Virus record (IMG/VR): IMGVR_UViG_3300034069_000533 | Location: 65,947 to 129,946 of that record | Direction: 5' to 3' (one strand) | Source of the DNA: a virus | Lineage: Duplodnaviria; Heunggongvirae; Uroviricota; Caudoviricetes | Length of the DNA stretch: 64,000 nt | Program-made: the position numbers and the translations under genes | Notes under the pieces: model-generated | Seen by the model: the letters and a program-made list of their open reading frames with translations, nothing else | Database searches by the model: none | What the model was told of the DNA's origin: nothing | Shown: positions 53,104-62,213 of the stretch, one piece after another | Numbering within the stretch: position 1 is the first letter of the stretch | Layout of the letters: every line of letters starts with the position of its first letter

Positions 53104-53283
53104 AATCCGTACCTCAAATGTTAAGTTTTTGTCTTGTCGCGCGCTTTCGGTCTTGCCTCAACACGAACCGACATGACATAGAGACAGCAGCAAGGCGGCG
53201 GGTCTATTTCCTTCTCCCCGTTCGCTAAACTTGGCCCTGCCGATGACACCCTTTGGGGAAGCTCTCGGCAGGGCATTTTTTTG

Positions 53284-53592
53284 CTAATTCGTCCGGTGGG
53301 GTTGAAGCTCCTGCATAATCTCAGCCGCCGCCGCATCCAATGCCCGGCGCTCAGCGTCAATGGAATTCTGCGCTACCGCTCCCGATAGGCAAGCAATTGA
53401 TAGCGCCGCCTCTTTCATTTGCGACGCCGGTAGCGCGCTGGCCATTTGGTCCACCGCTTCCAGAAAGCACAGCAATACAATCTGCGGCATAACTCCGGTA
53501 AATTTCTCTGTCAGCATTTCATCAATTGCGGCGCGGACAATTTCCGTTTCCTGCAAAATGTCCTGCGGCGCATGATTCTGATTAACTTCCAT
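53284..53592 (-). CDS. hypothetical protein
   Basis: 102 aa from MEVNQNH. Confidence 0.3.
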   Translation of the reverse strand: MEVNQNHAPQDILQETEIVRAAIDEMLTEKFTGVMPQIVLLCFLEAVDQMASALPASQMKEAALSIACLSGAVAQNSIDAERRALDAAAAEIMQELQPHRTN

Positions 53593-53593
53593 A

Positions 53594-54547
53594 TTACTTG
53601 TCCTTTCCACTATCACGCCAAATTTTGCCGTCACCCATTTTGTAGTCGATCCACGCGGCATTTTCTGCTGCGTCGATTTGTTCCCCGGCAATAAATGCCG
53701 GGATATACTTGTGCCCATTGCCGCAGCCGTGCCGCTGCATGCGGCTATTCAAAATCCAGCCGTGAAGCTCGCAACGCCATTTCCCGGCTAGCTCACCATC
53801 CGCAACGGGAGTTGAATGCATGCAACTGCGACAATGCCGCTCTGGTAGGTTGCCAGCATGGCACGCGCTGTGATGCTGGCACATTTTGCATTGAAACCAA
53901 GTTGGATCATCGCTGATCCGGCCGGGTGGCACGGGCGAGCGGATAATCCGGCCAGCATGCGCGACAATACGCATGCCTTCCTCCGCATCGTATTGCACGC
54001 GCTCCTGATATAATTCGTCGGTATTTTTATTAACTGCCAAATACATAAATCGCGTTAGCTGCGCCAAATGCATATAGGTTTGCATCTGGCCATAATGCTC
54101 TGGCTTGGATGCTTGAACACCCTTGGCTTTTAATGCGTTAAATGATTTCTCAGAATGCGTCTTGAATTCTAATCCGTGGTAAGTCTTCGGCGCTTCCGGC
54201 AAGCCAATGCATACGCCGTCCATTGACCCACCAAAATGGCCGGTGCTATCCCGCACGGTCCATTGCCGTCCGGTGTCAGGGTCAACGTCCATGACGGTTA
54301 CGCCAATGGACCGCAGGTCATCAACAAACCTAGCCTCAGCCAGATTTCCGGTTTCAAACAAGCGCAATAGCCGGCCGGGGAATACCGCCCTAGTCATCCA
54401 GCGCCAAGTATACCACTTGGCCCGGTCGCAAGCGCCGCCAATAAGTGACGCGCCTAAATGGTCGCGGAAGCCATTGTTGGCTTTGGACTCATACGCTTTA
54501 TATATCGCTTCAACTGTCGGCATTTGTGGCGGTGGAATTGCTACCAT
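53594..54547 (-). CDS. PD-(D/E)XK nuclease with C-terminal Cys cluster (Cas4/RecB-like exonuclease)
   Basis: GGSMDGVCI...LEFKT (D..ExK) plus CKMCQHHSACH...CRSC. Confidence 0.5.
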   Translation of the reverse strand: MVAIPPPQMPTVEAIYKAYESKANNGFRDHLGASLIGGACDRAKWYTWRWMTRAVFPGRLLRLFETGNLAEARFVDDLRSIGVTVMDVDPDTGRQWTVRDSTGHFGGSMDGVCIGLPEAPKTYHGLEFKTHSEKSFNALKAKGVQASKPEHYGQMQTYMHLAQLTRFMYLAVNKNTDELYQERVQYDAEEGMRIVAHAGRIIRSPVPPGRISDDPTWFQCKMCQHHSACHAGNLPERHCRSCMHSTPVADGELAGKWRCELHGWILNSRMQRHGCGNGHKYIPAFIAGEQIDAAENAAWIDYKMGDGKIWRDSGKDK

Positions 54548-55065
54548 GTCCTAGACCTACAGTTAGGGCACATTCTGTTGCCCGGTCCTTCTGAGGTAAA
54601 CCATTTGCCGCAATCCGTGCCCAAGCATTTCATTTGTTTTGGCCACTTCTTCTCGGTCTCCGGTTTACCGGCGGGTTTATCTTCGGGCTGGACAATATGA
54701 ATGGACGAACCGCGCCGCTTTTCAATCACTCCCCGCGCTTGCAAAATCTTTGAAAGTCGGGTGCGGTGCGTATCAATATCTTTGGCTTTAAGTCGCGCCG
54801 TCATTTCAGTTAGGCTTGGCGGCGGGCTTTCTTTTAGCCAAGGCTTCAGCGTGTCAAAAATAAATTGATCGCGGTTAGCGCTGTTTTTCCTAATGTCGTC
54901 AATGCTGATGCGTTTAGCCCAAAGAATATACTTAATGGCATAACCATAGTCGCGGCCAAGAATATCCGAAATCTCATCATTGGTTTTGCCTTCAGCAAGC
55001 AAGCCTTTGACTTGTTCGGTTATTTCCTGCTGTGACTTTCGCTTTGGCTTAAATGATTTATTCAT
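54541..55065 (-). CDS. hypothetical DNA-binding protein with C-terminal Zn ribbon
   Basis: CLGTDCGKWF...CPNCRS. Confidence 0.3.
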   Translation of the reverse strand: MNKSFKPKRKSQQEITEQVKGLLAEGKTNDEISDILGRDYGYAIKYILWAKRISIDDIRKNSANRDQFIFDTLKPWLKESPPPSLTEMTARLKAKDIDTHRTRLSKILQARGVIEKRRGSSIHIVQPEDKPAGKPETEKKWPKQMKCLGTDCGKWFTSEGPGNRMCPNCRSRTW

Positions 55066-55080
55066 TTATTATATCCAGCT

Positions 55081-55112
55081 AAACAAAAGGGCGGCTTGCG
55101 CCGCCCTTCAGT
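55081..55112 (-). terminator. rho-independent terminator
   Basis: gggcggcgcaagccgccc plus a T run on the minus strand. Confidence 0.6.
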
Positions 55113-55131
55113 CTCTCATGCCCGGCCGGCG

Positions 55132-55803
55132 TCAGCCGCGCCGCCACGGGGCGTTGCCACCCCCGCCGCCCTGGCCAACCATGCCCTGCATGGGCGGCTG
55201 CCCACCCTGGCCGCCCTGCTGACCCTGGTAGCCCTGGAAGCCCTGTCCCTGCGGCTCCTGCGGGCGCTGCTGCGGCGCTTGGGCGTAGGCCCCGCCGCCG
55301 TTGGTGTTCGGGTTCGGCGGCAGACGCGGCGCCTGCGCCTGCTGATACAGCCCGCTATCGTTGTTGAACGTGGAATAGCCCTTGACCGCATTGACCAAGC
55401 GCTGTGTCCCCGGCGGGAGATTCTTGTCCTGCCCGTGAACCTCAACCGCGACCTTCAGCAGCATGGGAATACCATGCAACTGCTCGCTGTCCTGAAGGTT
55501 CATCACGCCCGCCGCCCGGCAGATGGCCGAAAGAGTGCGCTGCGCAATCTCCATGGTCTGCTGCGCCTTGGGGCCGGTGTTGACCAAGTTGAGTCGGTCC
55601 CACAGTTTCTTATCCTTGGCCTCACCGTCAAGGATGGCGAATTCCAACACAAGCTGCTGCCCGCCCGTGCTGGTATCCTTCATCTCGCTTTTGGTGATCC
55701 AAGCCGGATAATCACCGGCCGGAAGCGGAGCAAAGGGCGTGGACGGCTCCACCGAATTAGCATCAAAAGCGTTGCCGCCGAAAAGTCCACCGAGGTTAGC
55801 CAT
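55132..55803 (-). CDS. DUF669-like SSB-type partner of Sak4 with Gln/Gly-rich tail
   Basis: 223 aa with a Q/G-rich low-complexity C-terminus; directly downstream of the AAA_24 ATPase. Confidence 0.4.
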   Translation of the reverse strand: MANLGGLFGGNAFDANSVEPSTPFAPLPAGDYPAWITKSEMKDTSTGGQQLVLEFAILDGEAKDKKLWDRLNLVNTGPKAQQTMEIAQRTLSAICRAAGVMNLQDSEQLHGIPMLLKVAVEVHGQDKNLPPGTQRLVNAVKGYSTFNNDSGLYQQAQAPRLPPNPNTNGGGAYAQAPQQRPQEPQGQGFQGYQGQQGGQGGQPPMQGMVGQGGGGGNAPWRRG

Positions 55804-56595
55804 TTATGCAAGTCCCTTCTCTGTAGTTTCGTGTTGGGCATCAATGGCCTTTTGGCCACTGTAATAGGGCACATAGCCCTCAACCGCCGCCCATTCCAGC
55901 GGGATTCGGTCTGGCATATTATAACGGTTCTTTGCCAGAAAAGCCGGGCGCTCAATCGTATAAAGATGCCGGGTGCCGTTACCGACGCCACGCACAGCCT
56001 TACGATTAAACCCCGCATCCGCCTTGGTTGTGGAAACCATGTAGTTGGCGAATAGCAGCGCGTCCACATGCTCTTGCACTAGAGCGGATGCGCTCTTTTG
56101 AAGCTTCGGCTGATACCTGTCGTAAGGCTCAGTTTCCGGGCTATCAAACTTCTTAATCTCCGCGTGGCCAATGAGGATAATCCCCATTTCGCGCTCATCG
56201 CGGGCAATATTCAGCCCCTCTAGAAACTCGCGCCACACCTCCAGCGCGGCGGCAAATCCCTTGCCGTATCCGGGGTCTTCAATGCTATTCCATTTGTTAA
56301 TGCGGCAGGTTTCCGCATGGATAAGCGGCTCAAGCCAATCAACGCTATCCAGCACAATCGTCTTAAAATCGTGCGGCTGCTTAATAAGCTCGCCAATCGC
56401 CTGCGTCACATCGGAATAGGTTTTCAGCACGCCAAAGGTTGCAACCTCAACGTGGCTATCTTCGGTCTGGATAAACACCGGGGCTGGCGCATAAGTGCCA
56501 AGCGTGGTCTTACCAATACCGGCAGTGCCGTAAACCCAAATGCGGGGCGGCTTTGGTCGGGACTGTCTTTGTAATGATGCAATGCTAATTGCCAT
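55804..56595 (-). CDS. Sak4-like (AAA_24) recombination ATPase
   Basis: Walker A VYGTAGIGKTT close to the N-terminus; ~260 aa RecA-like core. Confidence 0.55.
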   Translation of the reverse strand: MAISIASLQRQSRPKPPRIWVYGTAGIGKTTLGTYAPAPVFIQTEDSHVEVATFGVLKTYSDVTQAIGELIKQPHDFKTIVLDSVDWLEPLIHAETCRINKWNSIEDPGYGKGFAAALEVWREFLEGLNIARDEREMGIILIGHAEIKKFDSPETEPYDRYQPKLQKSASALVQEHVDALLFANYMVSTTKADAGFNRKAVRGVGNGTRHLYTIERPAFLAKNRYNMPDRIPLEWAAVEGYVPYYSGQKAIDAQHETTEKGLA

Positions 56596-57046
56596 CGCTC
56601 GCCTTTTCCTTTTGCCTTTTCTCGTTCATCGCTTCGGTCAGTAGTTTGCGCGCCTCCGCTATCATCGCAGAAGCCATCGCCTCGCCTTCGTCAATGGTGC
56701 CACCGGAGTCAGTGTTACCGTTGCGAAAATCTCCGTGTTCCGACACGCTTAATAGCATATCCAACCCGGCCAGCAAGCGAGAAAACAAGTCAAGCCGCCG
56801 TTTATCTTCTTTATTCCCAATAAAGAAGCCGTGCCGGGTAAGAATATCTGACAATTGCCGCGCGCTGTGCATGTACGTTGCGCACAATTCGCCACCAAAC
56901 TTGTCAGCAGTATTGTTTTTGCTTTGCTGAAATTTGACCAAATTGTTGTCTGTTTCTGCCAAAGCCTCTGCCGTTACTTCAATCGTGCGCAACGCTTTGT
57001 CTGCTTTGCTTAGCGGCCCGTCAGTAAAGCCGTCATCCATTGCCAA
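56585..57046 (-). CDS. hypothetical protein
   Basis: 153-aa ORF. Confidence 0.3.
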   Translation of the reverse strand: MAMDDGFTDGPLSKADKALRTIEVTAEALAETDNNLVKFQQSKNNTADKFGGELCATYMHSARQLSDILTRHGFFIGNKEDKRRLDLFSRLLAGLDMLLSVSEHGDFRNGNTDSGGTIDEGEAMASAMIAEARKLLTEAMNEKRQKEKASDGN

Positions 57047-57386
57047 GCGCCTTGTTAACTGCCGCCTTTATCTCGCCGTAGCTGTGCTGGCTGCGGGCTA
57101 GCCCGGCATCCACCTTGGCCACGAAATTCATGCAGGCTTCCAATAGGTCGGGCGCTGCCGCCATAAGCTGCGCATTAGCCCTGGCTACATCGGGTGTCAG
57201 GGTATCGCCCGTCATGTTCCCTTCGTATTCGTCAGGGATGCGGACAACGGCAAGCGAAAACCACGAAGGCAACCCGACGACGCAGGCAATTTCCGCCTGC
57301 ACAAGCCAATGGCGTTCAGTCGGATGCATAATGGCTCGCCACGGGCCGGACGAAAACGGCTTAGCCCACTGTTCTTCAAAATTCAT
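57033..57386 (-). CDS. member A of a tandem paralog triplet
   Basis: SGPWRA ... ANAQLMAAAPDLLEA. Confidence 0.4.
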   Translation of the reverse strand: MNFEEQWAKPFSSGPWRAIMHPTERHWLVQAEIACVVGLPSWFSLAVVRIPDEYEGNMTGDTLTPDVARANAQLMAAAPDLLEACMNFVAKVDAGLARSQHSYGEIKAAVNKALGNG

Positions 57387-57688
57387 TTAATTTCTCCTTC
57401 TGCCTTGGCGATGGCAGCGCGGGCGGCATCCCATGCCGACGCTGTGTGGAAATGCGCGTCACGCTGGCCAACAAGCTCGCGCAAAGCAGCCAGCAAATCC
57501 GGCGCGGCCAAAATCAGGTTGAGATTAGCGCGACCCTCCGCACTTTCCTTGCCTTCAACAATGGTAACAACCTTGGCAAAATCATACCACTGTCCGCGCG
57601 AATTAAGCGGGCCGTCTACTTCTGCGTAACCGTCATATTCCCGCTTGCACGTCCATGGGCCGGGCGTGTGCTTGCCTTTATCTGCCAT
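57383..57688 (-). CDS. member B of a tandem paralog triplet
   Basis: PGPWTC ... ANLNLILAAPDLLAA; start at MADKGK. Confidence 0.4.
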   Translation of the reverse strand: MADKGKHTPGPWTCKREYDGYAEVDGPLNSRGQWYDFAKVVTIVEGKESAEGRANLNLILAAPDLLAALRELVGQRDAHFHTASAWDAARAAIAKAEGEIK

Positions 57689-57689
57689 T

Positions 57690-58004
57690 TTATTCTCCTT
57701 CCTTCGCCAGCCGGATCGCGCTGCGCAGCAAGTCAACCTGTTCGCGCTCGCCGGGCGTCAGGTCGTTGGCCTTAATCATGGGCTCAAAGCCCCGCAGAGC
57801 GCGCTCAGCGGCCACGAACAAAGCGGGCGCGGCTGCCACTAGGCGAGCATTGGCCAAGGCTTCTGGCGGCTCCTGCGAGACTTCGCAGCATTGCAGGGTC
57901 AGCCCCCGGCCGGTTTCGATCCAGTAGCCGCCCCACGCCTTACCCGCGTCGCTGGCGTCGGGCGGCACTACGCGCCACGGGCCGGAAGAAATGCGCAGCG
58001 TCAT
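57690..58004 (-). CDS. member C of a tandem paralog triplet
   Basis: SGPWRV ... ANARLVAAAPALFVAA. Confidence 0.4.
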   Translation of the reverse strand: MTLRISSGPWRVVPPDASDAGKAWGGYWIETGRGLTLQCCEVSQEPPEALANARLVAAAPALFVAAERALRGFEPMIKANDLTPGEREQVDLLRSAIRLAKEGE

Positions 58005-58498
58005 GCGCCCTTCTCCTTTTTCCGCTCAAGCTTAATGGTGTTGCCTCCCGGCTTCGTGGTTCGCGCCGCCTCAAATTCCTTGCGGATCGGCGTTGGCCAA
58101 GACTTGTATGCAGTCTCGCTCACAGAAAGCTTGGTGATAATATACTCGCCGGGCTTGCCGCCCCACTCCTCCTGAATAAGCTTGGCCACCTTCCAAAGCT
58201 CATCCTGATTCCACTCGACATTGATCTTTTTATCGCCCGTCACCACAACGTCAGGATCATCCGGCGCCGGAATATGGACAATGCCGCTGGTCTTCTTTTG
58301 CGCGGTACGCGCGGCATCGGTGCTGTCTGCATACAGATTTAGCAGCGTGGTTTGCAGCTTGTCATTCAGCGCCTTGGCTGCGGCAACGCGCTGCTTAATT
58401 TCGTCCTGCAAGGTTAACAGTTGATCGCTTGGAATGCCGGTGGCATCCTCTGGCGTCATGCTCTCGAATTGCTCAACGGTCACACGGTTACTAGCCAT
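58001..58498 (-). CDS. hypothetical protein
   Basis: 165-aa ORF. Confidence 0.3.
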   Translation of the reverse strand: MASNRVTVEQFESMTPEDATGIPSDQLLTLQDEIKQRVAAAKALNDKLQTTLLNLYADSTDAARTAQKKTSGIVHIPAPDDPDVVVTGDKKINVEWNQDELWKVAKLIQEEWGGKPGEYIITKLSVSETAYKSWPTPIRKEFEAARTTKPGGNTIKLERKKEKGA

Positions 58499-58531
58499 GT
58501 TTGGCTTCTCCTTCTTTGTGGCCAGCCAGAG

Positions 58532-58969
58532 CTAGTCGCCTGTTGAATTTTCTGCAACAGGTTTCTTTTTTATTCTTTTTACTTTTTCCGGCATTGTCTC
58601 GCCCGTATCCACAAGCTCAATCATGACCGAACCGGGCGGGCGCGTTTCGTCAATGTCCAACGTCACGCCACGACAGTATTTGTCATTGACAATGGCGCCA
58701 CCCTTTTGGCATGCGTCTAATAATTCTTTTAATGGCGCATCAACGTCAAAGCCGCTTTCGTCAACCAAGATATGCGCACGAAAGCGATATGGCAGGGTGA
58801 CGCCTTCGCGCTGATTGGCGACGCTGTAAGCCGCTTCATGCGCCCATGCACGGGCCGGTGTGCTTTTGCGAATGCTGGCGCCGGTACGCGTGCGCTGAGC
58901 GCGATATAGCCGGTTTACCCCGCCGGGGCGGTCAAGAAATAGCGTTATCCGTAGCAATTCATTTGTCAT
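58532..58969 (-). CDS. rusA: RusA-like Holliday junction resolvase
   Basis: Size and motifs match RusA (LPYRFRAHILVDE...D.DAPLKELLDA). Confidence 0.55.
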   Translation of the reverse strand: MTNELLRITLFLDRPGGVNRLYRAQRTRTGASIRKSTPARAWAHEAAYSVANQREGVTLPYRFRAHILVDESGFDVDAPLKELLDACQKGGAIVNDKYCRGVTLDIDETRPPGSVMIELVDTGETMPEKVKRIKKKPVAENSTGD

Positions 58970-59205
58970 ATTTTAAAACCTTTATCTTTTAACCTTACGG
59001 CGCCTCGCATTTTGCCGCCGCCAGCATGCTTTGTGCAAGCTTGATAATTGTGGTCATCTTCGCCACAATAAGTGCATCTTATTCTAGAATACTTAACCGA
59101 TCCGCCCCAAGTGTGCGGGCAATGGCTGGTTGGATGCTTCTCTGATCCACAATAAGTGCATCTCATTTTATCACCATAAAAAAGCGGGGCTTGCGCCCCG
59201 CTCAT
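58966..59205 (-). CDS. small Zn-knuckle protein
   Basis: CTYCGSEKHPTSHCPH plus CTYCGEDDHNYQAC. Confidence 0.35.
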   Translation of the reverse strand: MSGAQAPLFYGDKMRCTYCGSEKHPTSHCPHTWGGSVKYSRIRCTYCGEDDHNYQACTKHAGGGKMRGAVRLKDKGFKI

Positions 59206-59208
59206 TTG
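59178..59208 (-). terminator. rho-independent terminator
   Basis: gagcggggcgcaagccccgc plus a T run on the minus strand. Confidence 0.6.
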
Positions 59209-59210
59209 AT

Positions 59211-59912
59211 CTAGTCGCAGTTTGCCGCCAGATAGTCACGCTGCACCTGCGTAGGATCGGCAACGCGACGGATGGCATTGCATTGCGTCCGGCTTGGGCG
59301 CGGATCGCGCGCCGTCGCCGGATGCATCGGCACAACGCGGGTAATCGTCACTGGCTGCGCCGCCTGAGCATTGCGCCGGTTGCGGCTCTCGGTCAGCGCC
59401 TCATTCACTTCCCGATTCTTGGCCATGACCAATAGCGCCGCTTCCGGCTCGCCAAGCACCTGAAGCGCAAGCGCGTAATTGTAACGAATGCAATCCTCGT
59501 CATGCCGGCCGAACATGGCCGAGAAGCTAAAGCCCGGCCCGCTGCCGCCAACGCCTGCCGAATTCTGGCAATAAGCGGTCGCCATGCCAAGCGCAATGCC
59601 GGGCGTGTTGCGGATAGTTGACGGGCTGTTGCTATTGAATGTGTTGCTATTGCTAGCGACACCGCCGCTGGAATTGGCAGAGCCGTAGCCCGTGCCGCCC
59701 TGACCGCCAGCCCCGCCACCGCCACCCGCGCCGCCGGTCGCGGTGCTGTTGCTGCCAATCTGGCCGGTAGAGATTGCGGAGTTAACGCCGTTCTGAAAGT
59801 TGCCGTTGGTCAGCCCGGTTGGCATGTTGACGTTGCCGCCAACCTGCGGCGTTTGCGCAAGCGCTGGAAGCGCAGCGAGACAGAAAACAGCAGACAACAA
59901 AGCTTTATTCAT
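59211..59912 (-). CDS. secreted Gly/Ser/Asn-rich protein (moron-like)
   Basis: Signal peptide MNKALLSAVFCLAALPALA; low-complexity G/S/N core; own terminator. Confidence 0.4.
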   Translation of the reverse strand: MNKALLSAVFCLAALPALAQTPQVGGNVNMPTGLTNGNFQNGVNSAISTGQIGSNSTATGGAGGGGGAGGQGGTGYGSANSSGGVASNSNTFNSNSPSTIRNTPGIALGMATAYCQNSAGVGGSGPGFSFSAMFGRHDEDCIRYNYALALQVLGEPEAALLVMAKNREVNEALTESRNRRNAQAAQPVTITRVVPMHPATARDPRPSRTQCNAIRRVADPTQVQRDYLAANCD

Positions 59913-60092
59913 TTTATTAACTCCTGTTTCAACGCAGCCTGTCTAGCAACCTGCTGTAGAAATTGCAATCGGTATGTGTGACGTTGCGGCGCAGCATGTT
60001 GTTGCTGGTTTGTTAATTGCAGATTTATCAGATTTCGTTTGACACGGTATGCTTATGCTGACATATTGCAATCACAGAGACGGAGAAACCCA

Positions 60093-60317
60093 ATGCTGAC
60101 GCCAGAGCAAATTGCAAAGACCATTGACCATGCTGAGGGTTTTGGTCCGCAGGGCGTTTCAAATTTAATTGATATGCTTGAGCGGCAAGCTGTCGCCTCA
60201 GAAGCTTGGGCTGCGCAATCATCTTATAAGGGTGACAAGCGCAAGGCTTCCGCGCTGGCCGAAGCCAAGCGCCTCCGCGATGAAGCCGCACAGCTTCGCA
60301 CATACGTCTTACGCTGA
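60093..60317 (+). CDS. hypothetical protein
   Basis: Start at MLTPEQ with RBS ggag. Confidence 0.3.
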   Translation: MLTPEQIAKTIDHAEGFGPQGVSNLIDMLERQAVASEAWAAQSSYKGDKRKASALAEAKRLRDEAAQLRTYVLR

Positions 60318-60332
60318 CGCAGGAACCGCTTC

Positions 60333-60527
60333 ATGAACGATCACCACTTTGCTCCGCATAGCAATGAAACATCACAAGCGGAGCGACGGGAATTGATTCG
60401 GCTCCGCGCTATCGAGGCGGCAGCACAAGCCGTATCTCTTGCTGCTTGGACTGATCGCCATTCGCGTCTTCACGGCCACCCTGCGGTGACTGCTTTGGAT
60501 GCCGCGCTGAAGCCTAACCCTGACTGA
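60333..60527 (+). CDS. hypothetical protein
   Basis: 64-aa ORF. Confidence 0.3.
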   Translation: MNDHHFAPHSNETSQAERRELIRLRAIEAAAQAVSLAAWTDRHSRLHGHPAVTALDAALKPNPD

Positions 60528-60542
60528 CCGACAGGCCCCGAC

Positions 60543-60941
60543 TTAGCCCCGCACATACGGCACAGCCAACCCCGCGCCTAACAGCGCGTCGCCAACATCC
60601 TCGCCCGCCTGCGTCACGATGCGGGCGAGGAACCGGCCGAAGCCGTCTTTCGGGTCGCTCCCCTTGGCTTTATCCGTGATGACGAACACCGCCGCGCCGG
60701 GCGGGGCCATATGGTTGGAGTAAGCGGCGCCTAGCTCTGCCGCCTCGCGCGTCTTCGGGTCGCTGGCGTGTAGCTCATAGCAGTTGACGCCTCCCTTGCT
60801 GCCAAGGAGACGGACCCGCTGTTTTGTTCCGATGTAAAAACCAACGTCCACATCCAAATCAACGGTATCGCCATCAATCCAGCGGACGATGCGCGCTTGA
60901 TAGCGCCATAAATTAATTTCCTCTGGCATCGTTGAAATCAC
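60543..60941 (-). CDS. thermonuclease (SNase-like) family nuclease
   Basis: ARIVRWIDGDTVDLDV...QRVRLLG matches SNase (IDGDT...RL.GID). Confidence 0.5.
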   Translation of the reverse strand: MISTMPEEINLWRYQARIVRWIDGDTVDLDVDVGFYIGTKQRVRLLGSKGGVNCYELHASDPKTREAAELGAAYSNHMAPPGAAVFVITDKAKGSDPKDGFGRFLARIVTQAGEDVGDALLGAGLAVPYVRG

Positions 60942-61126
60942 CTTGACAATTTAGGTTTCTTGGACGCCACGGGTGGTAGGTCGCCCGTGTCGCGGTGCCT
61001 GACGATTGCGCGCTCAGGAATGTCAAGCAGCGCGGCAATCCGCACGGTTGAATATTTCTTGCTTAAATATTCACGAATCTGCGCCAGTTGGTCGGGCGCC
61101 AATTTGCCAGCCGGACGGTTTGCCAC
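60938..61126 (-). CDS. small HTH DNA-binding protein
   Basis: EYLSKKYSTVRIAALLDIPERAIVRH helix-turn-helix. Confidence 0.4.
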   Translation of the reverse strand: MANRPAGKLAPDQLAQIREYLSKKYSTVRIAALLDIPERAIVRHRDTGDLPPVASKKPKLSR

Positions 61127-61143
61127 GCTGCCAGCGCGCTAGC

Positions 61144-61374
61144 TTAGCGGACCCGACTCAGAGTCATCTTCTTTGGCGCTCCGCGCGCCAGGGTGTCCAG
61201 CGTGATCTTGTCGCGCATATCTTTGTTCTTCTTTGCAATATCCACAACCTGTGTCCATCGCAGCGTAGGGATGCCGCCCTTGCGCCACTTGAATACGGTT
61301 GTCTCTACAAGGTCCAACTTTTCGGCAAGGAGCTTGTAGCCGCCCAACGCCTCAATAATTTTCTCATGGTTCAT
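61144..61374 (-). CDS. Cro/CI-like HTH regulator
   Basis: MNHEKIIEALGGYKLLAEKLDLVETTVFKWRK; divergently oriented from the 61475 gene. Confidence 0.45.
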   Translation of the reverse strand: MNHEKIIEALGGYKLLAEKLDLVETTVFKWRKGGIPTLRWTQVVDIAKKNKDMRDKITLDTLARGAPKKMTLSRVR

Positions 61375-61395
61375 CGCTTTTGCTCCAAATACCTG

Positions 61396-61424
61396 TTGAC
61401 GCCATGTTGGCGCCCGCCCATAAT
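61396..61424 (+). promoter_or_regulatory. sigma70-type promoter TTGACG-N17-CATAAT in the divergent switch region
   Basis: Canonical hexamers with 17-bp spacing upstream of 61475. Confidence 0.5.
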
Positions 61425-61474
61425 CACCGCATCGCATCCGGCGATAAAGCCCAAAAGTGAGAAAGGATCAAAAA

Positions 61475-61780
61475 ATGTCTGACGTTGTGAACACCGAGGT
61501 TGCCGAGGCTTTCGACGCGCTCAAGACCAAGCTGAAGCAAGTTGCCATGGCTGGCAAGGCTGTGGATATGCAGCGCAATATCAATTACGCTGTGGCGGTT
61601 GAGGCGCTTGAGGAGACGTATAATGCTGGCCATCCGGTTGGCGGCGTGAAGCCTGCGGGCGCGAAGCGCGGTCGTAAGCCGAAGAATGCCGCGACCGAGG
61701 CCAGCCCGGAGGGCGAGACTGCCGCGACCGAGGTTGAGGCTTCTGCCGAGGCTGAGGGTGGGCGGCGCCGCCGGGGCTAA
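61475..61780 (+). CDS. AT-hook-like acidic protein
   Basis: GAKRGRKPKNAATE AT-hook-like motif followed by an acidic tail; RBS gagaaagga. Confidence 0.4.
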   Translation: MSDVVNTEVAEAFDALKTKLKQVAMAGKAVDMQRNINYAVAVEALEETYNAGHPVGGVKPAGAKRGRKPKNAATEASPEGETAATEVEASAEAEGGRRRRG

Positions 61781-62057
61781 TCCCCTAGAGTAAGAGAAAG
61801 CCCGCGCTGGTTCACTGGCGCGGGATTTTCTTTAAAGTAAAAAAGGAAAAAAATTCAATGCAGAAGGAAGCCACCAACATTATTAATTTGCATGCCGCGC
61901 GGGACCGCCGCAACGCGTTCGCCATCCCCTGCCCGCCGCCGGGCAGTCTGATCTACAGCCGCACATGGCCTAGCCGCTGGTTGAATTACCCGCGCATTAT
62001 TGGCCCGTCGCGTCGTCTGTGGATTTGGTTTTAAAAATAGAAAAACGGAGAAGGAAA

Positions 62058-62213
62058 ATGCAAACAATTGCTAGCTATATATATGCTTTTTTTGTAACCA
62101 TTCTCAGCGTTATGTTTATTTTTTACGGGAAAGCTACAAATATTTTATCATTTATTTTTATATTTACATTTTTGACTTTTGCTTTTATTACAGTAAAGGC
62201 AGTTTTGCCTTGA
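62058..62213 (+). CDS. 51-aa hydrophobic membrane protein (very AT-rich)
   Basis: RBS ggagaagga; two TM-like segments; GC far below genome average. Confidence 0.35.
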   Translation: MQTIASYIYAFFVTILSVMFIFYGKATNILSFIFIFTFLTFAFITVKAVLP

